From assembly GCA_963624095.1 (NCBI GenBank), contig CAVFNZ010000001.1, forward strand, positions 3,841 through 67,840: 64,000 nucleotides of DNA, given 5' to 3'. The notes under the pieces were generated by a model. That model saw only the letters and a program-made list of their open reading frames with translations, had not been told where the DNA came from and searched no databases. Below, piece by piece: positions 19,579 to 29,685 of the stretch. Source of the DNA: Clostridium sp. CAG:217. GTDB taxonomy: Bacteria > Bacteroidota > Bacteroidia > Bacteroidales > Bacteroidaceae. Position numbers and translations under genes: made by a program. How positions within the stretch are numbered: the first letter of the stretch is position 1; each line of letters opens with the position of its first letter.

Positions 19579-22026
19579 TCAGAAGGTGATGTCACCGCTC
19601 TTCACGGTGTGGTTCTTGCCACCGTCCCATGAAGCTCCCGTCCGCCAGCGCGGGTCTCCAATCTCCTTCGTGTAGATCGGGTGAGCCGTCACGCGTGAGG
19701 TATTGTTGTAGTAGAACCCGCTGATGTCCGCATGGCGGTAGGCATCCTTCTCAAACGCCTCCTTGCCGTCTACCTTACCGATGGTGAACGGGTTCTTGAA
19801 GAGCTCTTCCGCGGTGAGCTGATAGCCTACGGCATCGTCTTCGTTGTCGTTGCGGTTGTCGCCGAACTTAATCTGTGTCTCGCCCAGTCCACCCTTGTTC
19901 AGCGCACCGTTCTGATAACCGGCACCTGTACTGGTGTTGGAGAAACTTACATGCGAGAACATACCGTCCGCCAGGGTGGTTTTCTCCGTGGAAGACTTGT
20001 AAGTCTGGTATGCAGGCACCACAGTGGAGTAGTTGTCCGCAAAGTCATAAGTCAGGTCCTTGATGGTGATGTCCATACCTTTCATATAGTAGTCACGGCC
20101 TCCGTCATTCTTGTTGCCCGCAAACACGAAGAGGTTCTTCTTGCACGTCACGGTAGACCCTGCCGGGATGTAGTTGATCTCGAAGATCTTACCATGGCCT
20201 TTGTTGTTGGAGCGTGGCGCGAAGTTCACAAACGTATTGTTGGATACGTTGATGTTCCAAAGGGTACCTTCGGGCCAAGCCAAGTTCTTGGCTTCCGAAA
20301 CGAGGGCGTGACGCGAGCAGTTGATGATGGTGTTGTTGGTAAAGTTCAAATTCTTGTAGAAGTTTGACTTGCGGTTGTTGCCCGGTCCGGCGAACCAGGA
20401 GTAACCACGCCCGTTGGTGTCGTAGCCTCCTTCGTCGTAGAACACGCAATTGTCCACGGTCAACTTCTCGATAATCTGTCGGTTCGGGCCCTGGAAGCGG
20501 ATGAATCCGCGCACGTGTCCGCAGAAGGTACAGTTGGAGACACGCAGCTCTGACAGCGTGAACGACAGGCCTTGTGAGTACATGTTCATGAAGTAGTTTG
20601 CGGTAATCGACAGACTTGCGTTGCCGTCCGACCCCTTTTGGTCGAAGTAGGTGTTCCATGCCATCGGGTGGAAATTGATGTTCTCGAAGACAATAGCCTG
20701 TATAGCCAGTGTCACACCGTTCTCCGTGCCGGAGCGCGCGTTGCGGCAGAGTCCCCAGTTCACGGCGTTTGCGGAGGTCTTGGCTTCGTTACCCCATCCG
20801 ATGCCTTGCAGCACCGTGGCGCGTCCCTTGCCGGCGGCGATGTCTTCCGGATTGGTAGCCAAGGTGAAGCCCTTGGTCATCTCCACGGTGGAGGTGACGT
20901 AGTAGGTCTTGCCACCTTCGAGGTAGAACACCTGTCCTTCAGCCAACGTATTGTCCGACATGTAGTTGGTCAGTATGGTGTCGATGCGGGAAGCTATCAG
21001 GTCCTTGACTCCATAGAGGTTGTACTGGTCGCCATTCTGCAACAGGGTGTCCAACAGAACGGATTCCGCCGTAGCGGCGGGGATGAGGATAGGTTCACCC
21101 GGGTCGCCCTGCATACGCACCATGTTGGAGTTGTACTGGCGGTCGTAGTAGCGCGCTATGTTGTTGTTCTGACCGCTGACGATGTAGGCGGCGTTTGAGA
21201 CCAGGTTGTCGAAGTGTACACGCCCTGCTGCCTTGTCGGCATCGGTGAGCTTATAGATGTGCTCTTCCAACAGCGCATTGTCCGCGGACGGAACGACACG
21301 GATTTCGTCGAATACCCATTTGCCGTCTTCCACCTCGGCTCCTGCCTCGATGAATTCCTTGTAATCCTTCTCCCATCCGCTTTCCGCTTCCGGCAAGAAG
21401 CACACGTCCATCGAGGTCTTCGTCACGTTCTCCACCCAGAAGACGGAGGGCACCTCGTAGCGCATGCCGGTAGTCAACGAACCCGTCTGGTCGCGGCTGT
21501 CGTCGCGCGACTGGTCGCTCTGGTGCGAGCCGTCGCCATAGCCGTACCATTTGGAGTTGCGCGGATTGTTGAGGTCGTTGCGGTCTACCAACGCACGGAT
21601 GGCGTAGAGGTATCCCGTTCCGTACTGGAGGTCTTCGTGGAGGAAAGAGAGTTGGTCGGCCGTGAGGATGGTATCCAACAGGTTGGGGTTCTCCTCTTTG
21701 TCCCACGAGGTTCCCTGCACCTTCGCCTTCAGCTCGTAAGCGTCGGCACCCTCCACGCCATACCAGAAGAGGCGCATGTCGTTGACGTGCGTACTCACCT
21801 TGTATCCGTGCTGTCTCAGATAGGTCTCAATCTGCGGGTCCACACGGGAGGCGATGTCGCAATGGTAGTCTGTCGTGGTCGAGTTCAGGTTCTGCGTCAG
21901 ACGGAACATCGGCATAAACAGACGGTCGGCTTCCGTTCCGCCAAAGCTTTCGGTGTCGTCCTTACACCCGGTAAAGACGGCGGCCGAGGCGGCCATGATT
22001 ATCGAAAATAATAATATCTTTTTCAT
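19579..22026 (-). CDS. Surface lipoprotein, probable glycan-binding protein (FN3-like plus beta-helix, DUF4957/DUF5123-like)
   Basis: Lipobox FTGC-KDD, located after susD, Asn-rich beta-helix repeats (VDNCVF, FTNNTI, VSNNTF), C-terminal IGDPRW. Confidence 0.7.
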   Translation of the reverse strand: MKKILLFSIIMAASAAVFTGCKDDTESFGGTEADRLFMPMFRLTQNLNSTTTDYHCDIASRVDPQIETYLRQHGYKVSTHVNDMRLFWYGVEGADAYELKAKVQGTSWDKEENPNLLDTILTADQLSFLHEDLQYGTGYLYAIRALVDRNDLNNPRNSKWYGYGDGSHQSDQSRDDSRDQTGSLTTGMRYEVPSVFWVENVTKTSMDVCFLPEAESGWEKDYKEFIEAGAEVEDGKWVFDEIRVVPSADNALLEEHIYKLTDADKAAGRVHFDNLVSNAAYIVSGQNNNIARYYDRQYNSNMVRMQGDPGEPILIPAATAESVLLDTLLQNGDQYNLYGVKDLIASRIDTILTNYMSDNTLAEGQVFYLEGGKTYYVTSTVEMTKGFTLATNPEDIAAGKGRATVLQGIGWGNEAKTSANAVNWGLCRNARSGTENGVTLAIQAIVFENINFHPMAWNTYFDQKGSDGNASLSITANYFMNMYSQGLSFTLSELRVSNCTFCGHVRGFIRFQGPNRQIIEKLTVDNCVFYDEGGYDTNGRGYSWFAGPGNNRKSNFYKNLNFTNNTIINCSRHALVSEAKNLAWPEGTLWNINVSNNTFVNFAPRSNNKGHGKIFEINYIPAGSTVTCKKNLFVFAGNKNDGGRDYYMKGMDITIKDLTYDFADNYSTVVPAYQTYKSSTEKTTLADGMFSHVSFSNTSTGAGYQNGALNKGGLGETQIKFGDNRNDNEDDAVGYQLTAEELFKNPFTIGKVDGKEAFEKDAYRHADISGFYYNNTSRVTAHPIYTKEIGDPRWRTGASWDGGKNHTVKSGDITF

Positions 22027-22048
22027 AAATATTCTGTTCAGTTGAGGG

Positions 22049-24109
22049 TTAATAACCGTAATAGTTCTTGTACTGGCCTACGCTTCGGCTGACTACATCG
22101 CGCGGGATAGGCAGGATGTAACGTACCGGCGGCAGGTTGTCCAACACATCGTCCGAGGTGTATTCGGGCATGGTCGACGGGAAGAGCGTTCCGCCTTCGT
22201 CGATGTAGAGGTAGCCGCGAACCGCATAGCGGATGTCTGCCCTGGCGATGCCGGTGTTGTCGTCCAACCACTTGAAGAATTCAGCTTGACTCCACGCCTC
22301 GCTGCCGGTGATTGGTACGGTACTCATCTCCTTGATATGAAGTCCCCAGGTCTCCCACAGGTTGTTGATGGTCAGCGTGTCATGCTCGTAGTGGAAGAAT
22401 TCGACCACACCTAAGCTGGAGTCCGTATTGGGGAACGCGAATATCTCAGGATAGTTGGCTTCCGTGTACTTCTCCGGATTGGCGTTCACCTGCTCGTTCC
22501 ACTCCGCACGCGTACGCACCTTGTAATAGACGGCGGCAGGATATTCCTCCAAATCCTTTCCGGAATGGACGTATGAATTGTCCCGGTCGCACCCCATCGC
22601 GTAGTAGAGCCAGAAGTTCTTGTAGATGACCTTGTTGTAGATGTTCCAGCGCACCAGGTCTTTCCAACGGATGCCTTCGCCGCCGAACTCCCAGGCGCGT
22701 TCATCCACGATGGCGTTGAAGAAGTCTTCTTTCGTGGTGAGATTGTCCACATAGGTCTCCACCTTCTCCGACTTGTTGACGGCGTTGCGGAACGCGCGTT
22801 CGCGCACCTGCTTCAGGGCCGCCTTGGCTTCGGCTGTCGGTCCGTTGTTGATTTCGTTCTCCGCCTCGGCATACATCAGCAACACGTCGGCATAGCGCAT
22901 GTAGGGGAAGTTGATGCCCGTGTTGCCCTGTGAGGTGTTGCCCATGGTGTGCGACTTGTCCCACAGCTTGGACCACTTCAGACAGTAGTTGGTGTAACCG
23001 GTTTGCAGACTCGGCGTGCCGTTGTAGCTGTAAGACCAATAGCCCGCTACGTTGCGGCGAACATCCAATGAGTCGAAAGTGAAACGATAGAAGGCGTTCA
23101 GACCTACGGAACCGCTGGTGCGTCCCCACGGGTGGTCGGTGTCACCCGCACTGGAGAGGTCAGCCTTCGGGCCATGTATGTAACCGATGTTTCCGTTCAC
23201 GTTGCGTACGAAAGGAATCTCGAAGATGACATCGTCGTCGTTCACCACCGTGTAGTTGCACTCGTCGACGAACACGTCGAAGTATCCCTTGGTCAGTTTG
23301 TGCGTATCGGCATCAATCACCTTCTTGCAGTATTCGCTGGCAATCTGGTAGTAGTCGGCATAGTCCGAGGCGCGCCCCATGGTGCCTACAGCCGCCGCGT
23401 CTTCGCCGTGTCGCAGGGAGTAGCCCGCACGGAACATGGCGATGCGCGCGATGAGAGCCCATGCGAACTCTTGCGTACAACGTTCCACGCCCTCTGTCAC
23501 CTCTTTGGCCTTACGCATCTTGGGTGCGGCCTCTTTCAGGTCGTTGATAAGGTCTGTCAGGATTTGGTCGCGGTCGCCCATCGGCATGATGAGTGTCTCC
23601 TGGTCGTAGGTGCGGGTGAACGAGAAAGGTATGTCACCCCACAGGATGACCATATCCAGGTAGTTCATGGCACGGATGCACTTGGCCTCGCCAATCAGCT
23701 GGTCGAGGTCTTCGTCTCCGTAGAGGGTGGACTTCTCCGCCGCGTTGATGAAGTTGTTGGCACGCTCCACGGTGGAGTAGGCGGCATCCCAAATGCTCTT
23801 TACGTTGCTACCGTCGGCTTCGCCGTCGAAGAGTTTCCATTCGTTGTGTGACGCACTCTGGATGCTGGATGAAGAGGTGGACCACTCCACATCGCTGTTG
23901 AAGTTGAAGGTGGTGAGGTAGCCGTTCCCGTAGGTGTTGCTGTTGCAGGTGGCCTGGTACACGGAGTTGAGCAGGCGGTCGGCCTCTTCGATGCTGCTGA
24001 ACACTTGCTCGTCTGTCACCTTGGAAGGCGCTTCCACATCGAGGTAGTCGTTGCAGGCACTGAACGCCACCAACGACAGTCCACAAATGAGTATATGTTT
24101 TATTTTCAT
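22049..24109 (-). CDS. SusD/RagB-family outer-membrane lipoprotein
   Basis: FSAC-NDYLD lipobox, GEAKCIRA...WGDIP, MRYADVLLMYAEA, ERAWEFGGEGIRWKDLVRW. Confidence 0.95.
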   Translation of the reverse strand: MKIKHILICGLSLVAFSACNDYLDVEAPSKVTDEQVFSSIEEADRLLNSVYQATCNSNTYGNGYLTTFNFNSDVEWSTSSSSIQSASHNEWKLFDGEADGSNVKSIWDAAYSTVERANNFINAAEKSTLYGDEDLDQLIGEAKCIRAMNYLDMVILWGDIPFSFTRTYDQETLIMPMGDRDQILTDLINDLKEAAPKMRKAKEVTEGVERCTQEFAWALIARIAMFRAGYSLRHGEDAAAVGTMGRASDYADYYQIASEYCKKVIDADTHKLTKGYFDVFVDECNYTVVNDDDVIFEIPFVRNVNGNIGYIHGPKADLSSAGDTDHPWGRTSGSVGLNAFYRFTFDSLDVRRNVAGYWSYSYNGTPSLQTGYTNYCLKWSKLWDKSHTMGNTSQGNTGINFPYMRYADVLLMYAEAENEINNGPTAEAKAALKQVRERAFRNAVNKSEKVETYVDNLTTKEDFFNAIVDERAWEFGGEGIRWKDLVRWNIYNKVIYKNFWLYYAMGCDRDNSYVHSGKDLEEYPAAVYYKVRTRAEWNEQVNANPEKYTEANYPEIFAFPNTDSSLGVVEFFHYEHDTLTINNLWETWGLHIKEMSTVPITGSEAWSQAEFFKWLDDNTGIARADIRYAVRGYLYIDEGGTLFPSTMPEYTSDDVLDNLPPVRYILPIPRDVVSRSVGQYKNYYGY

Positions 24110-24143
24110 GTTGTATTTTCTCCTTTATTGATTAACAGAATGT

Positions 24144-27100
24144 TTAGAACGAAAGGTTCATGCCGAACAGGTAGCTGTGTGTACGCGGGTAGCGGTTGTA
24201 GTCCACGTTCGGGGTCAGACCGTTCTGGATGTCCACTTCGGGGTCGTAGCCCGAATAGCTGGTGAAGCAGAAGAGGTTTGAACCTGTAAAGTAGAGACGC
24301 AGGCGGGAGATGCCCCAACGTTTTGTAAGGTCGCTCGGCAAGGTGTAGCCGATTGTCACGTCGGTGAGGCGGACAAACGAGCCGTCCTCCACGAAGTTGG
24401 ACAGTGTGTACTTGGAGGTGACGTTCTGCGGATTCCACAGTGTCTTGCCTGTGTTGAGGCGTTCGTACTCGTCGAGGTAGTCGATATGCTGCGAGTTGCT
24501 GATCAGGGGCTCGTTCAGGTTATAGATGCTGGTCGTTCCGTCCGCGTTGGTGTTGTAGATGTCTCCGTAGTAGACCCAACGGTTCTCGTAGTTGAACTTG
24601 CTCAGTACGTTACGCGGGTCCGTACGGCTGGAACCTACAGCGGAAGAGAGGTTGTATGCCGTGGCGTTGATCAGGTCGAAGTCCAGCATATAGGTGAAGT
24701 TGGCGGTGAAGTCGAAGTTCTTCCATTTGCCGGAGACTCCGAAACCACCTTGCAGTTTCGGGTTGGTGTTGCCCACGACGGTACGGTCGTTGATGTCAAT
24801 CTTGCCGTCATCGTTCAAGTCTTTCACCTTGATGCGGCCCGGTGCTGTTCCGTAAAGACCTTCTACGGTCGGCTTCTCCTGCACGCCCGGGTTGGCGGCC
24901 AAGTATTCGGCATCGTTGATTGCATAGTTGAAGCCTTCGCGGTGGAACTCATCGAAGCCGTAAATGCCGTCGTAGACGTAACCGTAGATGAGACCGACCT
25001 CTTTGCCTTCTACCAGACGGAAGTTGTCCTCAGAGTCCCAAGATCGTGCGGGGATGTAGTCATCCGTTCCGTTGATCTTCTCCACTTTGGTTTTGTTAAT
25101 ACCCATGTTGAAGTTGGCGGACAGCACATAGTCCTTGCCGCGGAGGATGTCACCGTTCACGGTCAACTCGATACCGCGGTTGCGGACCTGACCTACGTTC
25201 TGCCACTGATAGGTGTAACCGGTGGTGGTGGGTATCTGACAACGATAGAGCAGGTCGCGCGTGGTGTTCCAGTAGACCTCGGGGGTGATGGTCAGGCGTC
25301 CGTTGAACAGCGAGATGTCGGCGGCAAGGTTGCGCGTGACGGTCGTCTCCCACTTGATTTGCTCGTTCGGGAAGAGGTTGTCCGCAGCGTAGTATTTGTC
25401 GCCGTTCTGTGTCGTCGTGCTTTCGCCCCAGCTCGGTCCGCCATCGGCATTGATGGAGTACTGATAGCGCCAGCGGTCGTCGCCGATGTTGTTGTTACCG
25501 GAAAGACCGTAAGCGGCACGGATCTTCAGGTTGTCCACTACGTCCTTGTTCCACCAGTCCTCCTCGGAGAGCACCCATGCGCCGGACACGGAGGGGAAGT
25601 AACCCCACTGGTAGCCCGGAGCGAAGCGTGTGGAACCGTCGGCACGCATGGTGAAGGACAACAGGTATTTGTGTTTGTAGTTATAGTTGGCCTGTCCGAA
25701 GAAGGAGGCGGTGCGGTTAGGCGTGGTCACATTGGAGGTCGACGCGTAAGCCGTTCCCAAGCCCATGTTGTTGAACGCGTAGCGCGGAGAGGTCTCCTGC
25801 GGGAAGTAGCGCGAGGCCTGGTAGTTGGTAGTGGACTGCGTATGATAGATTTCCTGACCCAACAGGAAAGCGAAGTTGTGCTTCTCTTTCAGACTGAACG
25901 CATAGTTCAAGGTGTTGGTCCAGGTGTAGCGGAACGTGCGGCTGTTGGTAATCTGTGCCACCGGCATGTTCTCGTTGCTTGCAGCCGTGTCGGTCAAGTA
26001 ACCATAGAAGCGGTTCTTGTCAGAGAATGACCAGAACTGCGCGATATCCGAGCGGAAGCTCAAGCCTTTGATAATCTCCCACGTCAGACTTGCCTGGTTG
26101 GTGAAGCTGTAGGAGTGGCTCAACTGATAGTTTTGGTCGATGTCGTCCAGCGGACTCTTTACCATCCAATAACGCTCCACGGAGAAGTCCTGCCACTCCT
26201 CGTCGTAGCTGGTCGCCTCACGCAGACCATTGGTCGGACGATAGTTGAGCACGCCAATCAAGCCTTCCGTACCGATGCCGGACGCACCCGTACCGAGGTC
26301 GCGACGATAGGTGAAACGCGGGTTGATCAACAACTTCACGTTCTTGGCCAACTGCACGTCAATCTTTGTGTTCATGTTGGTACGGCGTACGCCGGAGCCG
26401 GCGATGATACCGTCTTGGTTGTGCTGTGTCAGCGAGGTGTTGAAGCGCAACTTCTCGTTACCGCCGTTCACCGTCACGTTGTACATCTGCGTCAAGGCGC
26501 CGTTGCCCATCAGCTCGTCCTGCCAGTCGTGGGTAGGCATACTTTTATATATATCCACGTCATTGGGGTTTCCGAAGTCGCGGCGGAACATATTGGTATT
26601 ACTGCCGCTGCCGATGCACGCGTCCAACTGGTATTTCACGAACTCGTAAGCGTTCAGCATCTCCTGCTTGCCGGCCAACCACGAGAGTTGCGCGTAAGCG
26701 TTGAAGTCCACCTTCACCTTACCCTGTTGCGCCGATTTGGTGGTGACGATGACTACGCCGTTACCGCCTCGGGCACCATAGACGGCCGTCAAGGAGGCGT
26801 CCTTCAACACGTCGATGCTCTGGATATCCGTCGGAGGAATATCGTTGATGTTGTCTGCCTGGAAGCCGTCGACTATGAACAATGGTTTGGAGTCCTGCGA
26901 GCTGGAGATGGCCGAACCTCCACGGATACGGATGTTGATTTCCGCTCCCGGAGCACCGTCGACCGTGGTTACCTGCACACCGGCGATTTTTCCCTGCAAC
27001 GCCTCTGCGGCCGATGCCACAGGCACGATGGACAGCTTCTGTCCGGAGATGGAACCTACCGAACCGGTCAAGTCCTTACGGGCACGGCTGGTGTAACCTA

Positions 27101-27437
27101 CAACGACAACCTCGTCCAACGCTTGACTGTCGTCTTCCAACGTAATGTTCATCTGGGGAGCGGCTTTCGCCTCTTGGGTTCTCATACCCATGTAAGAGAA
27201 CACCAACGTGCTGCCTTTCGCAGCTTTCAGGGTGAAGTTGCCGTCGAAGTCGGTAATGGTACCGTTCTTCTGGTTCCCTTTTTCAACTATGGAGGCTCCG
27301 ATAATCGGTTCTCCATTGGAATCTTTCACATTCCCTTTCACGGTGAGACTTTGCGCACTGACCTCCAGTGGTGGAATAGACACCAGAAAAGCCATTAGCC
27401 ACAGAGCCCACTTCATCTTTCTTTTCAAGTCTTTCAT
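24144..27437 (-). CDS. SusC/RagA TonB-dependent receptor
   Basis: GTITDFDGNF, LDEVVVVGY, DLTGSV, VLKDAS..AVYGARGGNGVVIVTTK, EDGSFVRL, terminal Phe. Confidence 0.96.
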   Translation of the reverse strand: MKDLKRKMKWALWLMAFLVSIPPLEVSAQSLTVKGNVKDSNGEPIIGASIVEKGNQKNGTITDFDGNFTLKAAKGSTLVFSYMGMRTQEAKAAPQMNITLEDDSQALDEVVVVGYTSRARKDLTGSVGSISGQKLSIVPVASAAEALQGKIAGVQVTTVDGAPGAEINIRIRGGSAISSSQDSKPLFIVDGFQADNINDIPPTDIQSIDVLKDASLTAVYGARGGNGVVIVTTKSAQQGKVKVDFNAYAQLSWLAGKQEMLNAYEFVKYQLDACIGSGSNTNMFRRDFGNPNDVDIYKSMPTHDWQDELMGNGALTQMYNVTVNGGNEKLRFNTSLTQHNQDGIIAGSGVRRTNMNTKIDVQLAKNVKLLINPRFTYRRDLGTGASGIGTEGLIGVLNYRPTNGLREATSYDEEWQDFSVERYWMVKSPLDDIDQNYQLSHSYSFTNQASLTWEIIKGLSFRSDIAQFWSFSDKNRFYGYLTDTAASNENMPVAQITNSRTFRYTWTNTLNYAFSLKEKHNFAFLLGQEIYHTQSTTNYQASRYFPQETSPRYAFNNMGLGTAYASTSNVTTPNRTASFFGQANYNYKHKYLLSFTMRADGSTRFAPGYQWGYFPSVSGAWVLSEEDWWNKDVVDNLKIRAAYGLSGNNNIGDDRWRYQYSINADGGPSWGESTTTQNGDKYYAADNLFPNEQIKWETTVTRNLAADISLFNGRLTITPEVYWNTTRDLLYRCQIPTTTGYTYQWQNVGQVRNRGIELTVNGDILRGKDYVLSANFNMGINKTKVEKINGTDDYIPARSWDSEDNFRLVEGKEVGLIYGYVYDGIYGFDEFHREGFNYAINDAEYLAANPGVQEKPTVEGLYGTAPGRIKVKDLNDDGKIDINDRTVVGNTNPKLQGGFGVSGKWKNFDFTANFTYMLDFDLINATAYNLSSAVGSSRTDPRNVLSKFNYENRWVYYGDIYNTNADGTTSIYNLNEPLISNSQHIDYLDEYERLNTGKTLWNPQNVTSKYTLSNFVEDGSFVRLTDVTIGYTLPSDLTKRWGISRLRLYFTGSNLFCFTSYSGYDPEVDIQNGLTPNVDYNRYPRTHSYLFGMNLSF

Positions 27438-27576
27438 TATAGTTATTTACTTGGTTAACAAAAATGCGGGTGGTGCCCACGTATATAATTAATCACTCTA
27501 AAAATATTCTGCCTGTAGACGATAGACGAACCAAGATTAATAATGCGCTGATTATGTCTTGTCATAGTATTGATTG

Positions 27577-27642
27577 CAAAGTTATGTATTGGAAATGAAT
27601 AAACCTAACGAAAGTGCAAAAAAGTTTAATTATATGTGCAAA
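27577..27642 (-). promoter_or_regulatory. susC promoter (-7 TAACTTTG) with an upstream TTTGCAC direct repeat
   Basis: -7 element at 27577-27584. GTGCAAA occurs at 27614 and 27636 (22-bp period), resembling HTCS activator sites. Confidence 0.55.
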
Positions 27643-27724
27643 TTCTAATTTCTTCGTTCGGAACAACGTATCGGCTTTTCGTAGGGAATTTATGAGGGAT
27701 AGTCGACGGAATCGCCCGAACTGC

Positions 27725-28528
27725 CTATAGGTTTGAGCGGTGACTTATTGTCATGCGTACGATATAAACGCTCACTTCATAGAGCAGCCACATCGGGAGG
27801 GAGACCAACAACAGCGTGAAGACATCGGAGGTGGGGGTGATGATGGCGGCGATGATGAGAATGACGACAATGGCATGTCGACGGTAGCGGCGCATGAACG
27901 TGTCCGTGATGAATCCCAACTTGGCGAAGAGCCAACAGAGCATGGGCATCTCGAAGACGACACCCAACGAAAGGCTCAGCAGCGTGAATGTGGAGACGTA
28001 CGACTCCAACGAGATGAGGTTGTTCACCGCTCCACTTACCTGATAGGTACCCAGAAAACGGAAGGTGAAGGGGAAGATGAGGAAATAGCTGAGCAACACG
28101 CCGGCCAGGAAGAGCAGGTAGCCCCAGCCGACCACACGCACCGCATAGCGACGCTCGTCCGCGTAGAGGGCGGGAGAAACAAACCGGAACAGCTGGTAGA
28201 GGATGTAGGGCGAGGCGCAGAGAATGCCCGCGTAGACGGCGACCTTCATGTGGATGAGGAACTGTCCGGCCAACGCCGTGTTGATGAGGTCTACATGGAA
28301 CGTTCCCGTCTCCTCCTGTTGCAGCAGGGGAGCGATGAGGTCGAACAACCGATAGGTGACGAAGTCGGCATCCTTGGGTGCCAGTATCACCCGGAAGAGG
28401 AGGTCCTTGAAGCAAAACAACACGACGCTACACACGATGACAATCACCGCGATGCGGATAATCATCGTGCGCAGCGCCTCCAGGTGATCCCAGAAGGATA
28501 GTTGTGCCAACTCCTTGTCTTTACTCAT
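27725..28528 (-). CDS. tatC: Twin-arginine translocase subunit TatC
   Basis: [27 protein letters not shown]...[14 protein letters not shown]. Confidence 0.95.
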   Translation of the reverse strand: MSKDKELAQLSFWDHLEALRTMIIRIAVIVIVCSVVLFCFKDLLFRVILAPKDADFVTYRLFDLIAPLLQQEETGTFHVDLINTALAGQFLIHMKVAVYAGILCASPYILYQLFRFVSPALYADERRYAVRVVGWGYLLFLAGVLLSYFLIFPFTFRFLGTYQVSGAVNNLISLESYVSTFTLLSLSLGVVFEMPMLCWLFAKLGFITDTFMRRYRRHAIVVILIIAAIITPTSDVFTLLLVSLPMWLLYEVSVYIVRMTISHRSNL

Positions 28529-28718
28529 CCTTCTTGTCGGTAGGAGTCCCTTGCTTGCTGTCCTTGCCTTTCTCCTCTTCGGGGTTGTTCATACCCTCCT
28601 TGAAGGCGCGCACGCCTTTGCCCAGACCCTTCATCATTTCGGGTATCTTCTTGCCACCGAAGAAGAGCAGGATGACCAACAGGATGACGATAATCTCTTG
28701 TGTACCGATTCCAAACAT
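28521..28718 (-). CDS. tatA: Twin-arginine translocase subunit TatA
   Basis: GTQEIIVIL...[25 protein letters not shown]. Confidence 0.95.
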   Translation of the reverse strand: MFGIGTQEIIVILLVILLFFGGKKIPEMMKGLGKGVRAFKEGMNNPEEEKGKDSKQGTPTDKKDE

Positions 28719-28720
28719 AA

Positions 28721-29230
28721 CTACTTACGTATTATAAAGTTGATAAACAGATATCCTCCAAAGATTTGCAATAGCATGCCGGGCACGGCGATGCGGAAAT
28801 CTTGCAAGGCGGCGTAGAGGCTGCCGCACCAAGCCCACTCGAAGAGGGTGCCCAGTGACTGGTAGAATAGAATCACTCCCAGCAATAGGGCTATCGTGAC
28901 CTTGTGATAGCGATGGGCGGCATAACCGCATCCCACAGCCAAAAGGGCCGATTTCACCGCAATAGCGGGCACTACAGCCAAGGTTGGCATGCCGAACAAC
29001 AACGAGTTGATTGCGGGCGACAGCAGGGCTGTGAGCAGTCCCACCTTCCATCCGTATTTGTAGGCACCGATAAGGGTGAAAAAATAGATGGGCAACCACA
29101 TTTTCCCTCCCATGGGGACGAGGTGGAAGAGTTGAGGCAACGCGATGTTGCCGACGATAAACAGCAGGGCCAACAGATAGGTGCGGCTCTCCGTATAACT
29201 ATAGTTGTAGAGTTTTACTGATGTTTGCAT
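28721..29230 (-). CDS. ECF transporter S-component-like membrane protein
   Basis: 169 aa with about 5-6 TM helices; PQLFH...[20 protein letters not shown]...SP...GMP. Confidence 0.65.
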   Translation of the reverse strand: MQTSVKLYNYSYTESRTYLLALLFIVGNIALPQLFHLVPMGGKMWLPIYFFTLIGAYKYGWKVGLLTALLSPAINSLLFGMPTLAVVPAIAVKSALLAVGCGYAAHRYHKVTIALLLGVILFYQSLGTLFEWAWCGSLYAALQDFRIAVPGMLLQIFGGYLFINFIIRK

Positions 29231-29685
29231 GTTGTTACATATTTGTTTTCAATGTTTTTTGTTTCTTGTTCCGTCCGAACTGAGCGCATGAACGTTTCCA
29301 CTTCCCGTAGACACTCCTCAGCCGTGTGGCACTCCTTACAAAGGGTCTCCATGGGACACCAGCCGGTGTGGTTACGGTTGATGATGTGGTCTACTTGCTC
29401 GGTGTAGTGAATTTGCATGGAGGATTGCCGCAGCAGTTCCAGTGCGAAGGAACTGATAATGTCCGCATAGAGTTCCTTCACACCGCCCAACAGCATCAAG
29501 GCGGCAGCGGCTTTGCCTACCACCTTGTCTGCCACGACGGCTTCCCGAAGCATCCGAGGCTCTTCGGTGAGCAACCTGTAGAGGTCTGCAACGCCCCGGT
29601 TGTCGAAGCAGCGTGTTGTCTCCCCTTGTCGCACCACTAAAGAGTGGTTTCCTTGGTGTAGTCGTTCAGTCAGTTCGTTTGTCAT
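29215..29685 (-). CDS. DUF1893 (TM1506-like) domain protein
   Basis: RGVADL, VADKVVGKAAA, IINR...CPME motifs. The true start is ATG 29685, overlapping the AKR stop (ATGA). Confidence 0.8.
   Translation of the reverse strand: MTNELTERLHQGNHSLVVRQGETTRCFDNRGVADLYRLLTEEPRMLREAVVADKVVGKAAAALMLLGGVKELYADIISSFALELLRQSSMQIHYTEQVDHIINRNHTGWCPMETLCKECHTAEECLREVETFMRSVRTEQETKNIENKYVTTCKHQ

Noticed and set aside
19325..19675. Small ORFs between the GNAT gene and the lipoprotein
   Set aside because: They overlap a terminator and a real gene end and show no coding signature.
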